Both the position numbers and the translations under genes were made by a program. Source: the human T2T-CHM13v2.0 reference genome, Homo sapiens. From it: 64,000 nt of DNA. The notes under the pieces are model-generated. The model was not told the DNA's origin. It saw only the letters and a program-made list of their open reading frames with translations, and ran no database searches. This document shows positions 47,012-64,000 of this stretch, in pieces. Location: NCBI RefSeq assembly GCF_009914755.1, contig NC_060925.1; one strand, written 5' to 3'. Position 1 is the stretch's first letter. Every line of letters begins with the position of its first letter.

Positions 47012-48090
47012 TGTTGCGGGAAGTCAGGGACCCCAAACTGAGGGACCGGCTGAAGCCGCAGCAGAAGAACATAAATTGTGAAGATTTCATGGACATGTAT
47101 TAGTTCCCCAAATTAATACTTTTATAATTTCTTACGCCTGTCTTTACTGCAATATCTCACCATAAATTGTGAAGATTTCATGGATATTCATCACTTCCCC
47201 AATCAATACTCTTATAATTTCCTATGCATCTTTACTTTAATCTCTTAATCCCATCATCTTCGTAAACTGAGGATGTATGTTGCCTCAGAACCCTGTAATG
47301 ATTGCGTTAACTGCACAAATTGTAAAACAGGTGTGTTTGAACAATATGAAATCTGGGCATCCTAAAAAGGAACAGGGTAACAGCAATTTGCAGGGAACAA
47401 GGGAGATAACCATAAAGTCTGACTGCCTGCGGGGCTGGGCAGAACAGAGTCATATTTCTCTTCTGTTCTCTTCTGCAAGTAGGAGAAATATCGCTGAATT
47501 CTTTTCCCAGCAAGGAATAACCCTGGGAAAGGAATGCATTCCCAGGGGGAGGTCTCCAAATGGCCACTCTGGGAGTGTCTGTCTTATGCAGTTGAAAATA
47601 AGGGATGAAATATTCCCTGGTCTCCTGCAGCACCCTCAGGCTTGCTAGGATTAGGAAATTCCAGCCTGGCCAATTCTAGTCAAACCGGTTGTCTACTCTC
47701 AAACCCTGTTTCCTATTAAGATGTTTATCAATGACAATGCGTGCCCAGTGGGACATGGAACCTCCTCAGTAATTCTAATTTCACCCTGGCCTTGTGATCT
47801 TGTTCTGCCTCTCTGCCCTTGTAATCTTTTATTGCCCTTTCAAGCATGTGATCTTTGTGACTTACTCCCTGTTTGTACCCTCCTCCCCTTTTCAAATCCC
47901 TAATAAAAACTTGCTTGTTTTGCAGCTCAAGGGGCATCACAGAACCTGCCAATATGTGATGTCACACCTGGAGGCCCAGCTGTAAAATTTCTCTCTTTGT
48001 ACTCTTTCTCTTTATTTCTCAGACCAGCCAACACTTAGGGAAAATAGAAAGGAACCTACATTGACATATTGGGGGCTGGTTCCCCTGATA
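47012..48090 (+). mobile_element. MER11 solo LTR (HERV-K11/HML-8)
   Basis: Start 'tgttgcgggaagtcagggacccc', end 'gggggctggttcccctgata', internal repeat 'cataaattgtgaagatttcatgga' x2, perfect 6-bp TSD catata. Confidence 0.95.
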
Positions 48091-48495
48091 CATATATGTA
48101 TGTATTATATATGTATTATTTTAATTTAAAAATTATCTAAAATTCTTCCTAAAATATATTAATGTCTTTGCTAATTTTATAATGTTCTGAGAAAACTGTT
48201 TGAAGAGGATGTGAAAAACGCAAATAGACTAATAAAATACTAGCAATTTGACCCCATCTTCACATTAGAAGACATTGCTCTGCAACTAAGATTTAGTAAA
48301 TAGATGGCAAATCTGGATTAGTTTGCTGGGACTGCTGTAACAAAGTAACAGAAACCGGATGGTTTAACCCAACAGAAATTTATTATCTCACAGTTTTGGA
48401 AGCTTAGAAGTCCAAACTCAAGGTGTTGGCAAGGCCAAGCTCCTTCTAAATCCTCTAGGTTAGGATCACTCTTTTCTTCATTTAGCTTCCAGTAG

Positions 48496-49094
48496 TGAAA
48501 ACATCCTCATAAAGTTAATATAATCCATTGCCAGGTGTTTTTGACAAAAGTATAAGTGTAGAATAGAGTTATGGCTTGGCATTAACTTTTAACCAGCCTG
48601 CCCTTTGGTTCACTTCCTTACAGTTGCTTTTTGCCCATAAGTCAAGTAGACCAGGTCACAAGGCACTAACTTCCCTTAATTGTTCCCACAGAAAACATCT
48701 TTTACGTTGAGAAATCTCAAGTTTTCCATTTAAGATGCTTCTCAGATCTCACATTCCAGCAAAACTACCATTGCCAACTAGTCTGAGAGCTCCCACTGAG
48801 GAAATGACTCAAGTGAAGAATGCAGTTTCCACATTACCCCAATAAGAGTGTAACTTTACCCCCTTATTCTGAGCAATCAGTGAACCCAATCTTCCAGCCC
48901 TTTGCCTGCCACAATTCCCTTATAGGCTCTAGCCTAGAACCCCTCAGGGAGACGGGTTTAAGAGTACTTCTTACCTCTTCGTCCATTAGGCTGCCTGATG
49001 ATTATTAAACTCTTTTCCTGTTGTAACTCCTGCTGTTTCAGTACCTTGGTCTGTTACCACACAGCAGGTAAATGAGACTAGTGATCCAGTAATA
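48496..49094 (+). mobile_element. ERV1 solo LTR (MER39-like)
   Basis: Start 'tgaaaacatcctcataaagttaa', 'attaaactctttt', 4-bp TSD gtag. Confidence 0.7.
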
Positions 49095-49103
49095 GTAGCT
49101 CCA

Positions 49104-49415
49104 GGCTGGGCGTGGTGGCTCACACCTGTAATCCCAGCACTTTGGGAGGCTGAGGAGGGTGGATCACGATGTCAGGAGATCGAGACCATCCTGACTAACA
49201 TGGTGAAACCCCATCTCTACTAAAAATACAAAAAAAAAAAAATTAGCCGGGCACAGTTGTGGGTGCCTGTAGTCCCAGCTCCTAGGGAGGCTGAGGCAGG
49301 AGAATGGCATGAACCCGGGAGGTGGAGCTTGCAGTGAGCCAGTGAGCTGAGATCACGACACTGCACTCTAGCCTGGGCAACAGAGCCAGACTCCATCTCA
49401 AAAAAAAAAAAAAAA
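49104..49415 (+). mobile_element. AluY
   Basis: 'ggagatcgagaccatcctg', 'gaatggcatgaacccggg'; TSD aatagtagctcca at 49091-49103 and 49416-49428; 8-bp internal duplication cagtgagc. Confidence 0.95.
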
Positions 49416-49844
49416 AATAGTAGCTCCAGACATTTCTTGGGTAGTAGCAACACAACTTTAGTTTCAGCTTCATCTTCATATTCCTATCTTTCCTATGTGT
49501 CTCTTCTCTTCTTGTAAGAACACCAGTCATATTGACTTAAGGGCCACCCTACTCCTATATGACCTCATCTTAATTAATAACATCTAAAAATATCCTATTT
49601 CCAAATATGGTTAAATTCTGAGATACTAGGGTTTAGGACTTCAACATATTCTGTTGGGGGAAAACTCAACCCAAAACACCTTCCCATACACAAAATGCAT
49701 GGGTCCGTTGATCAGCAGTGGAAAATGATTGGTTACTACTATCACATGAAATAACCCACTGAAGTTACTTTTGCTTCCCATTTGTTATGTTTGATGGATT
49801 GTGTATGTTTTATGGCAAAGGAAGAAAACAATTTAATACTGTCA

Positions 49845-49975
49845 ATAGCTCCATGATGTAGGTGCAGATATTATTCCTAGTTTAAAGAGGGTAAAACAGA
49901 GGCACAGAAAACTTCAGTAAATTGTTCAAGGCCACATAGTTAGAAGGTGTTAGGACCAGGATTGTAACCAAATAG
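49845..49975 (-). mobile_element. MIR fragment
   Basis: 'aaaacagaggcacaga...ttgttcaaggccacatagttag'. Confidence 0.7.
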
Positions 49976-52554
49976 TTTCTTTATAAATCAATGTACAGGT
50001 CCCAGAAATTAATAATTCTCAGACCTCTGTGTAAAACTTATGCTAGTTAAAATATTTCAAACTGGATTTACTGACAACCTTATTCAGGATATCAGTAAAC
50101 AGACTGTTATAGAACAGAAGGTCACCATGATCTGGGCTGGAATAACAATATATATTTTCTTTGCATCCCCTAGGGATGGTGTTCTGTGTTGCATGCACAC
50201 CTTAGGCTGCCTGTATCTTTTGAACTATTATTACTAAGTCTGTGAGACCATTTTCCTTGTTTGTATATAAACTTAGAAATTAGCTCAGTGATCACAGGTG
50301 AATAGAAACGTGCTAAGCAAAAGAAGAATAAAATATGATATAAGGAATTAGCTTTGTTGGTAAACTTTGTTGCTTAAATATTCACCTCTGCTTGAAGCTA
50401 TTTTTTAGACAGTCTGTGATTTTTTTTTTTTCAAGTGTGAATTTTAAATCTCGGTTTGACACATATTTGCATACACACACATGCACATACCTCACACACT
50501 TTATAGCTCTGATCTGGTAACCAAACTGAGGCTTCTTTGAAAACCATATTTCTTTCTGAATCACACTGAGACAGGTTAATGCCTCTGTTCCATGACTGCG
50601 GCTGTGCCAGGATGATGGATGATATAATGTGCAGGCGTCCAACTGCAAAGAGCCACTGAGCCTTGGTGTGAATTTAGGTGTTGATGAAAGATGAGCTCTT
50701 GCTTAAAAGAACATATGTTGTTCATGCAACCTCCAGAGAAACTATTAAAAATGCACTATTCATTTTAAGAGAGGTTTAATTACTGGTTAGACAGCATAAA
50801 GCAGTATTCCTGTAATCTTCCTGTTGCAGTAATGCTGTGAATGATTGGAGTGTGAAATATTCTGTATATGACTTCAGAAAACTGGGAGTTAGTAGGAATA
50901 ACGATAACAGCCTCATCAATGTGTCATTAGAAAAAACTCAATTGGGAGGCCTGGCATAATGTGAAGGCTACTTTATTTAATATTGCTATTTGACATTTAA
51001 GAAAGTCACAAATATCATGTTGGGCACCTAACATTATTTTTTAGAATGCAAAGACCGTGTAAATACATAGTAATTGGGAACAGTGAAACATTTTAACTTC
51101 TTATTGCTACCTTGAGATTAAACGTGAGGTGAGCAGTATAGGTAAGATTTGCTGGTGCTAGTTATAGAATTAGCTTTTGTGTTCAATCGAATGCCAGTCA
51201 GCTGGAAAAAAATGTACTAGGTTCCATTGAAATAGAGTAGTCCAATTGGTGGAAATTATGCTGGAGGAGTTATTTAACTTTAGTGAAACAACCCAAGAAT
51301 TGACAGACAATTAACAAAAAAGGAGAATTCCCATGTTTCTTTTCCTCTATATCATAATCTGATTTGAGAAATATCATTAATTTAATTACAAATTGCAAAG
51401 AAAATTAATTCAACATATTCATATTTACAAAGTTTTTGTGATTAACAATGACATACATTTATCTTTGCATTATCATGTTTTTATTGCTTTAGGGTTTGAA
51501 TCTAACCATTCTGTGAATTTAGATGATAAAGATTATCTTACATCACCAATAGCCATTTGAACTTGGGTGTAGTATCACACTGTCATGTTGCTTTGTATCA
51601 TCCATGCTTACAATTTTGACCTCTACATCTTTAGACTTTATAGAATAATTTTTAAAATATTTAACATTCTTAAAGTTTAGTTTGCATTTGGTATTGAAAT
51701 GGACTACTTTAGTCACTATTTTTTGTTATGTTTCCTTACATAAATATGGTAGAATTGTGTATTGTATTATATTGTATTGTTAATAGAAAGACAATTCCAG
51801 ATAGTTACCCGTATTAAAATTGGATTCCTTAATGAACATAAAAATGAAAAAAAAAACCCTATTAATATATTCCTTGAGTATTCAGTTTAGTTATCATTTT
51901 GGTGATGTTATTTCACATTTATTTTTGAATTAGCTACATGTTTTGGATTTGACATACTTTCAGTCTAGCTGACATGTTTTTATCAGAATGTTGATGTACC
52001 CGAAGGAGTAACCCAGTTTTAATTGTTGTTTTAATTTAGGCAGAAAATCTGATTACTTTTTTGAATTGTGTCAGTTCTGGACTGTCTGAGGGGACTGCTG
52101 TTACTCAACTTGAAGCATTTTTTCTATTCAAAGCTTGATGAGTGATTCCCCTACAAAGTCATTGTCTTGTGGCTTCGAAGTTTTTTTTTAAATGTAAATA
52201 TTTCCTGCAAATTTAAGACTACAAGCTTATATCGGTCATTTGTATTGTCTGATATTGATTTTCAGCTCTTGAATTGAGGATATGGTTGGGCAAAAAAAGA
52301 AGAGTAAAAATTAAACCACAGTGCTTGGGGTAGAGCAAGTATCAGTTATGGATAGGTAAGGGGGGAGTAAATAAGGAGCTAGGGACTTATAAAAAACTTT
52401 TAATTAATTAATTTGCCAGTTTAGATTCTGTAAAGCTGGCTCATAGGAACACCTGAAGCAGAATCACAGATTCTTAAGTAAAGAAAACAAAGGTAAATTG
52501 CATTGTTTTTGGTATTACGGAGATTTACTAGTACATCCTAAGCTGCTCTTATAT

Positions 52555-52750
52555 AAAAAATAGAAAGTGGATTTGGAAATGAGTTTTAAATTTCATTTTT
52601 GTCATTTTTTGTGACTGAATGAGTAATTTAAGCTTTGATTTTCATCTCTATAAAATGAAGAGGATAATATTAGATGTGCAATAGAATAGTTTTGAGGGTT
52701 TAATGATAGAATCTATTATAAAGAGACTAGAATGTTGCCTTGCAGAGAAC
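52555..52750 (+). mobile_element. MIR fragment
   Basis: 'tgtgactg...tttcatctctataaaatgaagaggataata...tttgagggtttaatga'. Confidence 0.65.
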
Positions 52751-53811
52751 AAGCCTAGAGGAAAGTGGAAGCAAGTGGAAAGAAAAAGTATAGATGCTGT
52801 ATTCCAACCTTGAAGTTTCATATAGTAAAGATCAAGTGCAGGTAAGGATCATGGTTGGGTGAGTGACTGCATCATGTTGCTTATTCATATAGCAGAGAAC
52901 CTACTACGTGTGTCACCAGCTTGAGGGAATAGATTCTTCTGCCATATACAGGTTTAAGAACAAGATTCCTGCCTCTTCTCCTTACTTTATTCTCAGATGT
53001 AGACTCATTAGATGTAGACTCCAGACTTGCTTTTATATCAACATTTTTTCTCATTTAATTTCTTTTTTATGTTTGTATTTTTAAGAGTGTTTAGAACATC
53101 AACTTTGCTGCTCAAAATATCAATTAATAAATTCAAGTGTTTCCTGCAGACGTAAAAAACAAGCTTAAAACACTACATAAAATTCTATTAGCATCATTTT
53201 CAAAATCTAAGTTGGATTCACTTGCAACTTTTATTTAATATATATATATATATATGACACATTTAAAGTTTTAACATAAAAATATACACTGTAATAATTA
53301 TTTAAGTATGATTCTAGAACTCAATTTACAAAATAACTTCAATCTTGAAAAATAACTACTTTTTAAAATCTTTTCCCTACTGTTTACTTATGTAATTGGT
53401 TTTAGTTCTGTCACTAATCTCCATTAGGATAATATTCAAGTTCTCTGTTTATCATTTTTGAATTCCAAGTGTTATAAATATGCATGCATGCACACAGAAT
53501 TACTACATAATATTAAAAATAACTAGGTGTAATCCAAGGACATGTTACCAAAATCCTTAAGTAATCACATTTTCAGAAGGTTTAAAAGAGTGGTTTTTTT
53601 TTGTAAATTAACAGTATTGATAATACTCATGTTTTTTCTTTGCTAGTATTTTTTTTATTTTTATTTTGTAAATATGTTGTCTAAACCCAAAAGAAAACAG
53701 CATGGTTTCAGCTCACATGTTTCTACAGTAGGGTAACTCACTTTGCTAGCCCTAAATTCTGCTGATTCACTCTTATTACAAAACTACCAATAAACCTGAA
53801 AATCCACTTTT

Positions 53812-57760
<3,949 letters not shown>

Positions 57761-58065
57761 GAAAATCCACTTTTAAACCTGTGGAAATTAATTGGCATGT
57801 TGCACTTGGTAAGAGTCAACTTTATTCAAAGCTTGTTCTCTTCAACTTGCCTCTTCTGCCAATTTGTTTTGCTTTAGAAAATTTCCTGTGCTTCTCTTCC
57901 AGATAGGGCAGAAGGTAAAGTCCATACCATTATACAAGAAGGTTTTAAATTTATGGGAGTTTCAATTTACTTCTACATAAAATGTAAACTTAATTCTGAT
58001 TTCTCAAGATTACTGTAAAATTGTTTAAATAAAAAGCATTTATGAGAAAGCATAATATAAAATAT

Positions 58066-59265
58066 TGTATTAGTTTGCTCAGGCTGCCAAAAAAAAAATA
58101 CTGCAGACTAGGTGCTAAAACAACAGAAATTTATTTTCTCCCAGTTCTAGAGGCTAGAAAACCATGACTCAGCTTCTGGCCAATTTGGTTTCTGGAAAAG
58201 GCTCTTCTCCTGGCTTGCAAATGGCTATCTTGCTGTGTCCTCACATGGTCTTTCCTCGGTGTATGTTTGTGGAGAGAGAGAAAAACAGGCTTTTTTTTTT
58301 CTCTTATAGAGATGAATCAGATTGGGTCAGGGGCCCTATCCTTCTACCCCATTTACTTTCTTAGAGATCTCATCTCCGACTATGGCCACACTGGAGGTCA
58401 GGGCTTCAATACATTATTTTGGAGGTAATAAAGAGTCAGTTCTTAACATTTTACCCTAACCTCACAAATTTATGTTCTTCTGACTTGCAAGATATATATA
58501 TTCTATCTTAACATCCCAAACATCTTATCTCATGACAGCATCAACTCTAAAGTTCAAAGTCTAATCTGACTAGTATGGAAATCAGATATGAGTGAGACTA
58601 AAGGTAAGATTTATCCTGAGGTTAAATTACTCTCCAGATGTGAACCTGTGAAACCAGAAAAGTTGTGTGCTTCAAAAATATAATGGTGGGACAAGCATAG
58701 GATAGACATTTGTATCCTCAAAAGAAGAAGTTAGAAGAAAGGACTGACAGATTCCAAGAAGTTCAAAAAAATAGCAAGGCAAATATCATTAGAATTTAAA
58801 GCTTGAGAATAGTCTTTGGTTCAATGATCTGCCCACGTGGCCCTCTGGGGTGGCAGAGAACTACAGTTCTGTGGGGTAAGCCCTGCCCTAACAGCTCTCT
58901 GTGGTGGTCCCACTCATGCAGCACTCTTCAGTGTCCTTCAGGCCTGTGGAAGCCAAAGAGATGGCTTCATCCTCCAAAGGTAAAGAGGAAGAAGTTTTGC
59001 TTCTTGGGCCTGTAGTGGGAGTGGTAACCCTGATGGCCTCTGCATCACCTTTAGGGGTAATTCCTCTTGTCTTTAATGATAATGCATATCTGCAGCCTGT
59101 CTTCATTCTATCTCATTTTCTCTGTTTTATTTAGTGCCAGCTGGCAGTGTTTCTGCTGGTATAATCACATATTTATTCCTGGCTTTTGTTGAGATGGGAG
59201 TAGTACGTGCATGGTTAAAAAACATACTCATCTTTTTATCAATGATTATTTAGCTACATTCTTAG
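58066..59265 (-). mobile_element. MLT1A0-like LTR (58066-58448) with adjoining MaLR internal sequence
   Basis: 'tgtattagtttgctcaggctgcc...' LTR followed by 'cagcatcaactctaaagt...tgtgaacctgtgaaa...aatggtgggacaagcataggatagacatt' MLT-int motifs. Confidence 0.75.
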
Positions 59266-59363
59266 AAATCAGGCTGGTTCTCTTTATGCTGCCTACAAGA
59301 GACTCACTTCACCTGTAAAAAACACAAAGACTAAAAATGAAAGGGTTGAAAAGGGTATTGGAT

Positions 59364-59445
59364 GAAAACAAACCAAAAGCAAACAGGAGTACCTATACTT
59401 ATGTGAAAACAAACGAAAAGAAAACAGGAGTACCTATACTTATGT
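59364..59445 (+). repeat. 41-bp tandem duplication (2 copies)
   Basis: gaaaacaaac(c/g)aaaag(c/a)aaacaggagtacctatacttatgt x2. Confidence 0.95.
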
Positions 59446-60635
59446 TAGATAACATAGACATTAAGTCAAAAACTGTAAAGAATGTCATTATGTAATGATA
59501 AAAGGATCTGTTCATCATGAAGATACAGCAATTGTAAATATATATGCATCCAATGCCAAAGCACTCAAATATATAAAACAAGTATTATTAGGTCTAAAAT
59601 ACAAGATACTGCAATATGCTAGTATCTTCTAATACTTAATAATAGTAGGAGACTTTAGTACTTCACTTTCAGAAATGGACAGGTCATCCAGAAAGAAAAT
59701 CAACAACAAAAAATGCAGAAATACACTACACTCTAGACCAAGTGGACCTAAATGATACACAATAACTTTTCATCCAAAAACTACAGAATACACATTTTTC
59801 TCAACTACAAATGAAACATTCTCCAGGTCATATCATCTGTAGGGCACAAAAAAATTTAACAAATTTATGAAGATTAAGATTATATCAAGTTTATAATTTT
59901 TACCACAATAGTACAAAACCAGAAATCAATGACAGCAGAAACTTCAGAAACTTTAAAAATAAATGGAAATTAAAAAACATGCTCCCAAATAACCAATGGG
60001 TCAAAGACAAAATTTAAAAAATCAATAATATTGTTCAGACAAATGAAAATTTAAAATAAAACATGAAAACTTACAAGATACAGCAAAAATGTTTCCAATA
60101 GAAGTTTATACCAACAAATACTTACATCAAAAAAGTAGAAAAATCTCAAATAAACCAACTAACATTGCACTTCAGGAACTAGAATAACAAAAACTAATTA
60201 ATCCAAAATTAGTGGAAGAAAAAATAATAAATATCAGAGAAAAAGTAAACAAAATAGAGAATAAAAATATCCAAATCATCAACAAAGCAGAGTTGGTTTT
60301 TTGAAACGTTAAACAAATTCGACAATCTTTTAGCTAAACTTTAAAAAATTAACTCAAATAAATAAAGCCAAGGATGACAAAAGAGATGTTATCACTGACA
60401 CTAAAGAAATAGAATCACAAGACACTATTATGACCAATTATATGCTGAGAAATTAGATAATCTAGAAGGAATGGATAAATTCCTAGACATATACAAGTTA
60501 CAGAGATTGACCTATGAAGAAATAGATAATCTAAACAGATCATTAATCAATTATGACATTGCATCAGTAATAAAAAAATTTCCCATGAAAGAAAGATCCA
60601 GGAACTGATAGTTTCACAACTGAATTCTACCAATC

Positions 60636-62266
<1,631 letters not shown>

Positions 62267-62372
62267 TAACTAACACAAATTCTTTTGAAACTATTCCAGA
62301 AAGTCAAAGAAAAAATAATTCCAATCTTATTTTATGAAGATAGCATTATCCTGATATCAAAACCCTACAAAG

Positions 62373-62412
62373 ACACACACACACACACACACACGCACAC
62401 ACACACACACAC
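62373..62412 (+). repeat. (CA)n microsatellite
   Basis: AC run with one GC interruption. Confidence 0.95.
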
Positions 62413-62957
62413 GACCATTATTCTTGATAAACACAGATGCAAAATTCCTCAACAAAATACAAGCAAACCAAATTCAAAAGCACATTAAAAAAATCATTCA
62501 CCATAATCAAGTGAGATTGATGCCAAGGATACAAGGATGGTTTAGTATAAGCAAATCAATAAATATGGTACATCCCATTAGCAGAAAGAAAACTAAAAAA
62601 CATATAATCATTTCAATAGACATGGAAAAGTTATTTGACAGTATTCATCATCTTTTCATGATAAATAAAAGTCTCATCAAATTAGGTATAGAAAGTATGT
62701 TCAACACACAAAAAAGATTACAAATGATAAATCCACAGCTAACATCATTCTAAATGGGGTAAAATTAAAAGTTTTTTCTCTATGATCTGAAACAAAACAG
62801 GAATATTTACTTTTACCACTTCTATTCATCACAGTACTGGAAGTCCTAGCTAGAGCAATGAGTCAAGAGAAGGAAATAAAAAGCAGTCAAATTGAAAAAG
62901 AGGAAATCAAATTGTCCCTGTTTGCAAATGACATGAATTTATATATAGCCAAGTCTA

Positions 62958-63387
<430 letters not shown>

Positions 63388-64000
63388 TCAAGAAATCAAT
63401 TCCATTTACAAAGGATAGAATAATAAAACACCCAGGAATACATTTAACCAAGGAAGTAAAAAATCTCTAAAATAAAATCTATGAAAGAAATGGATGAAGA
63501 CTCAAATAAATGGAAAGATATTTTATTTTTGTGGATTGGAGGAAATAATATTGTTAAAATATCCATACTAGCCAAAGCAATCCAGTCAAAGACATTCTTC
63601 ACAGACATTTAAAAAATCCTGAAATTTATATGTAACCACAAAATATCCTAATATCCAAAGCAATCATAAGACAAAATAAAAAAAAAAAAAGAAAGGCTGG
63701 AGGCCTCACACTAACTCACTTTGAAATATACTACAAAGATATAATAACCAAAAATAGCTCGGTACTGGCATGAAAACAAACACATAGACAAATAAAAGAA
63801 AATAGAGAGTGCAGAAATAAATCTACACATCTATAGTATACTGATTTTTGACAAAGATGCCAGAAACACATATTGGGGAAAGGGCAGTCTCTTTAATAAA
63901 TGATGCTAGAAAAATTGAATATTCACATGTAGAAGAAGAAAGCTAGTCCCCTATTACTCATCATATACAAAAGTAAAGTCAAAATAGATTAAAGAAAGTA

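Larger units (their letters stand above)
48313..49680 (-). mobile_element. MLT1C-like LTR split by a MER39-like LTR and an AluY
   Basis: 'ttagtttgctgggactgctgtaacaaag...' resumes at 49429 '...aacaccagtcatattg...atgacctcatcttaa...gtttaggacttcaacata'. Confidence 0.8.

Noticed and set aside
47069-47240. ~90-bp direct repeat that could be mistaken for a repeat-spacer array
   Set aside because: Internal tandem repeat of the MER11 LTR; two copies, no spacers, eukaryotic context
47277-47985. Cluster of 60-123 aa ORFs
   Set aside because: They lie wholly inside the MER11 LTR; no gag/pol/env similarity

Overview
AT-rich, repeat-dense genomic DNA from a hominoid primate (human or great ape, judged from an AluYe5-type Alu and an L1PA2-type LINE). 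It looks like a gene desert or the interior of a very large intron. I can support no protein-coding gene, RNA gene or CRISPR array: the longer ORFs in the track are LINE-1 ORF2 fragments, Alu/LTR read-through or low-complexity artefacts. The window is a layered fossil record of old L1M/L2/MIR/MaLR elements overlaid by LTRs (THE1, MER11, MER39-like, MER31-like, ERVL), Alus and five young L1PA insertions, three of them 5'-inverted (twin-primed) with clear TSDs. I see no convincing novel multi-gene system. The most unusual signals are locally templated rearrangements and one odd element: (i) a TSD-flanked L1MA consisting of 5'UTR, ORF1 and the extreme 3' end with ORF2 missing; (ii) a 146-bp non-TE direct duplication 1.76 kb apart; (iii) a ~300-bp diverged fold-back; (iv) two fold-back template-switch mutations in one L1PA; (v) a ~2.5-kb apparently repeat-free island with good splice signals. 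Repeat subfamily names come from recalled consensus features, not a database search. Boundaries of old elements are approximate.
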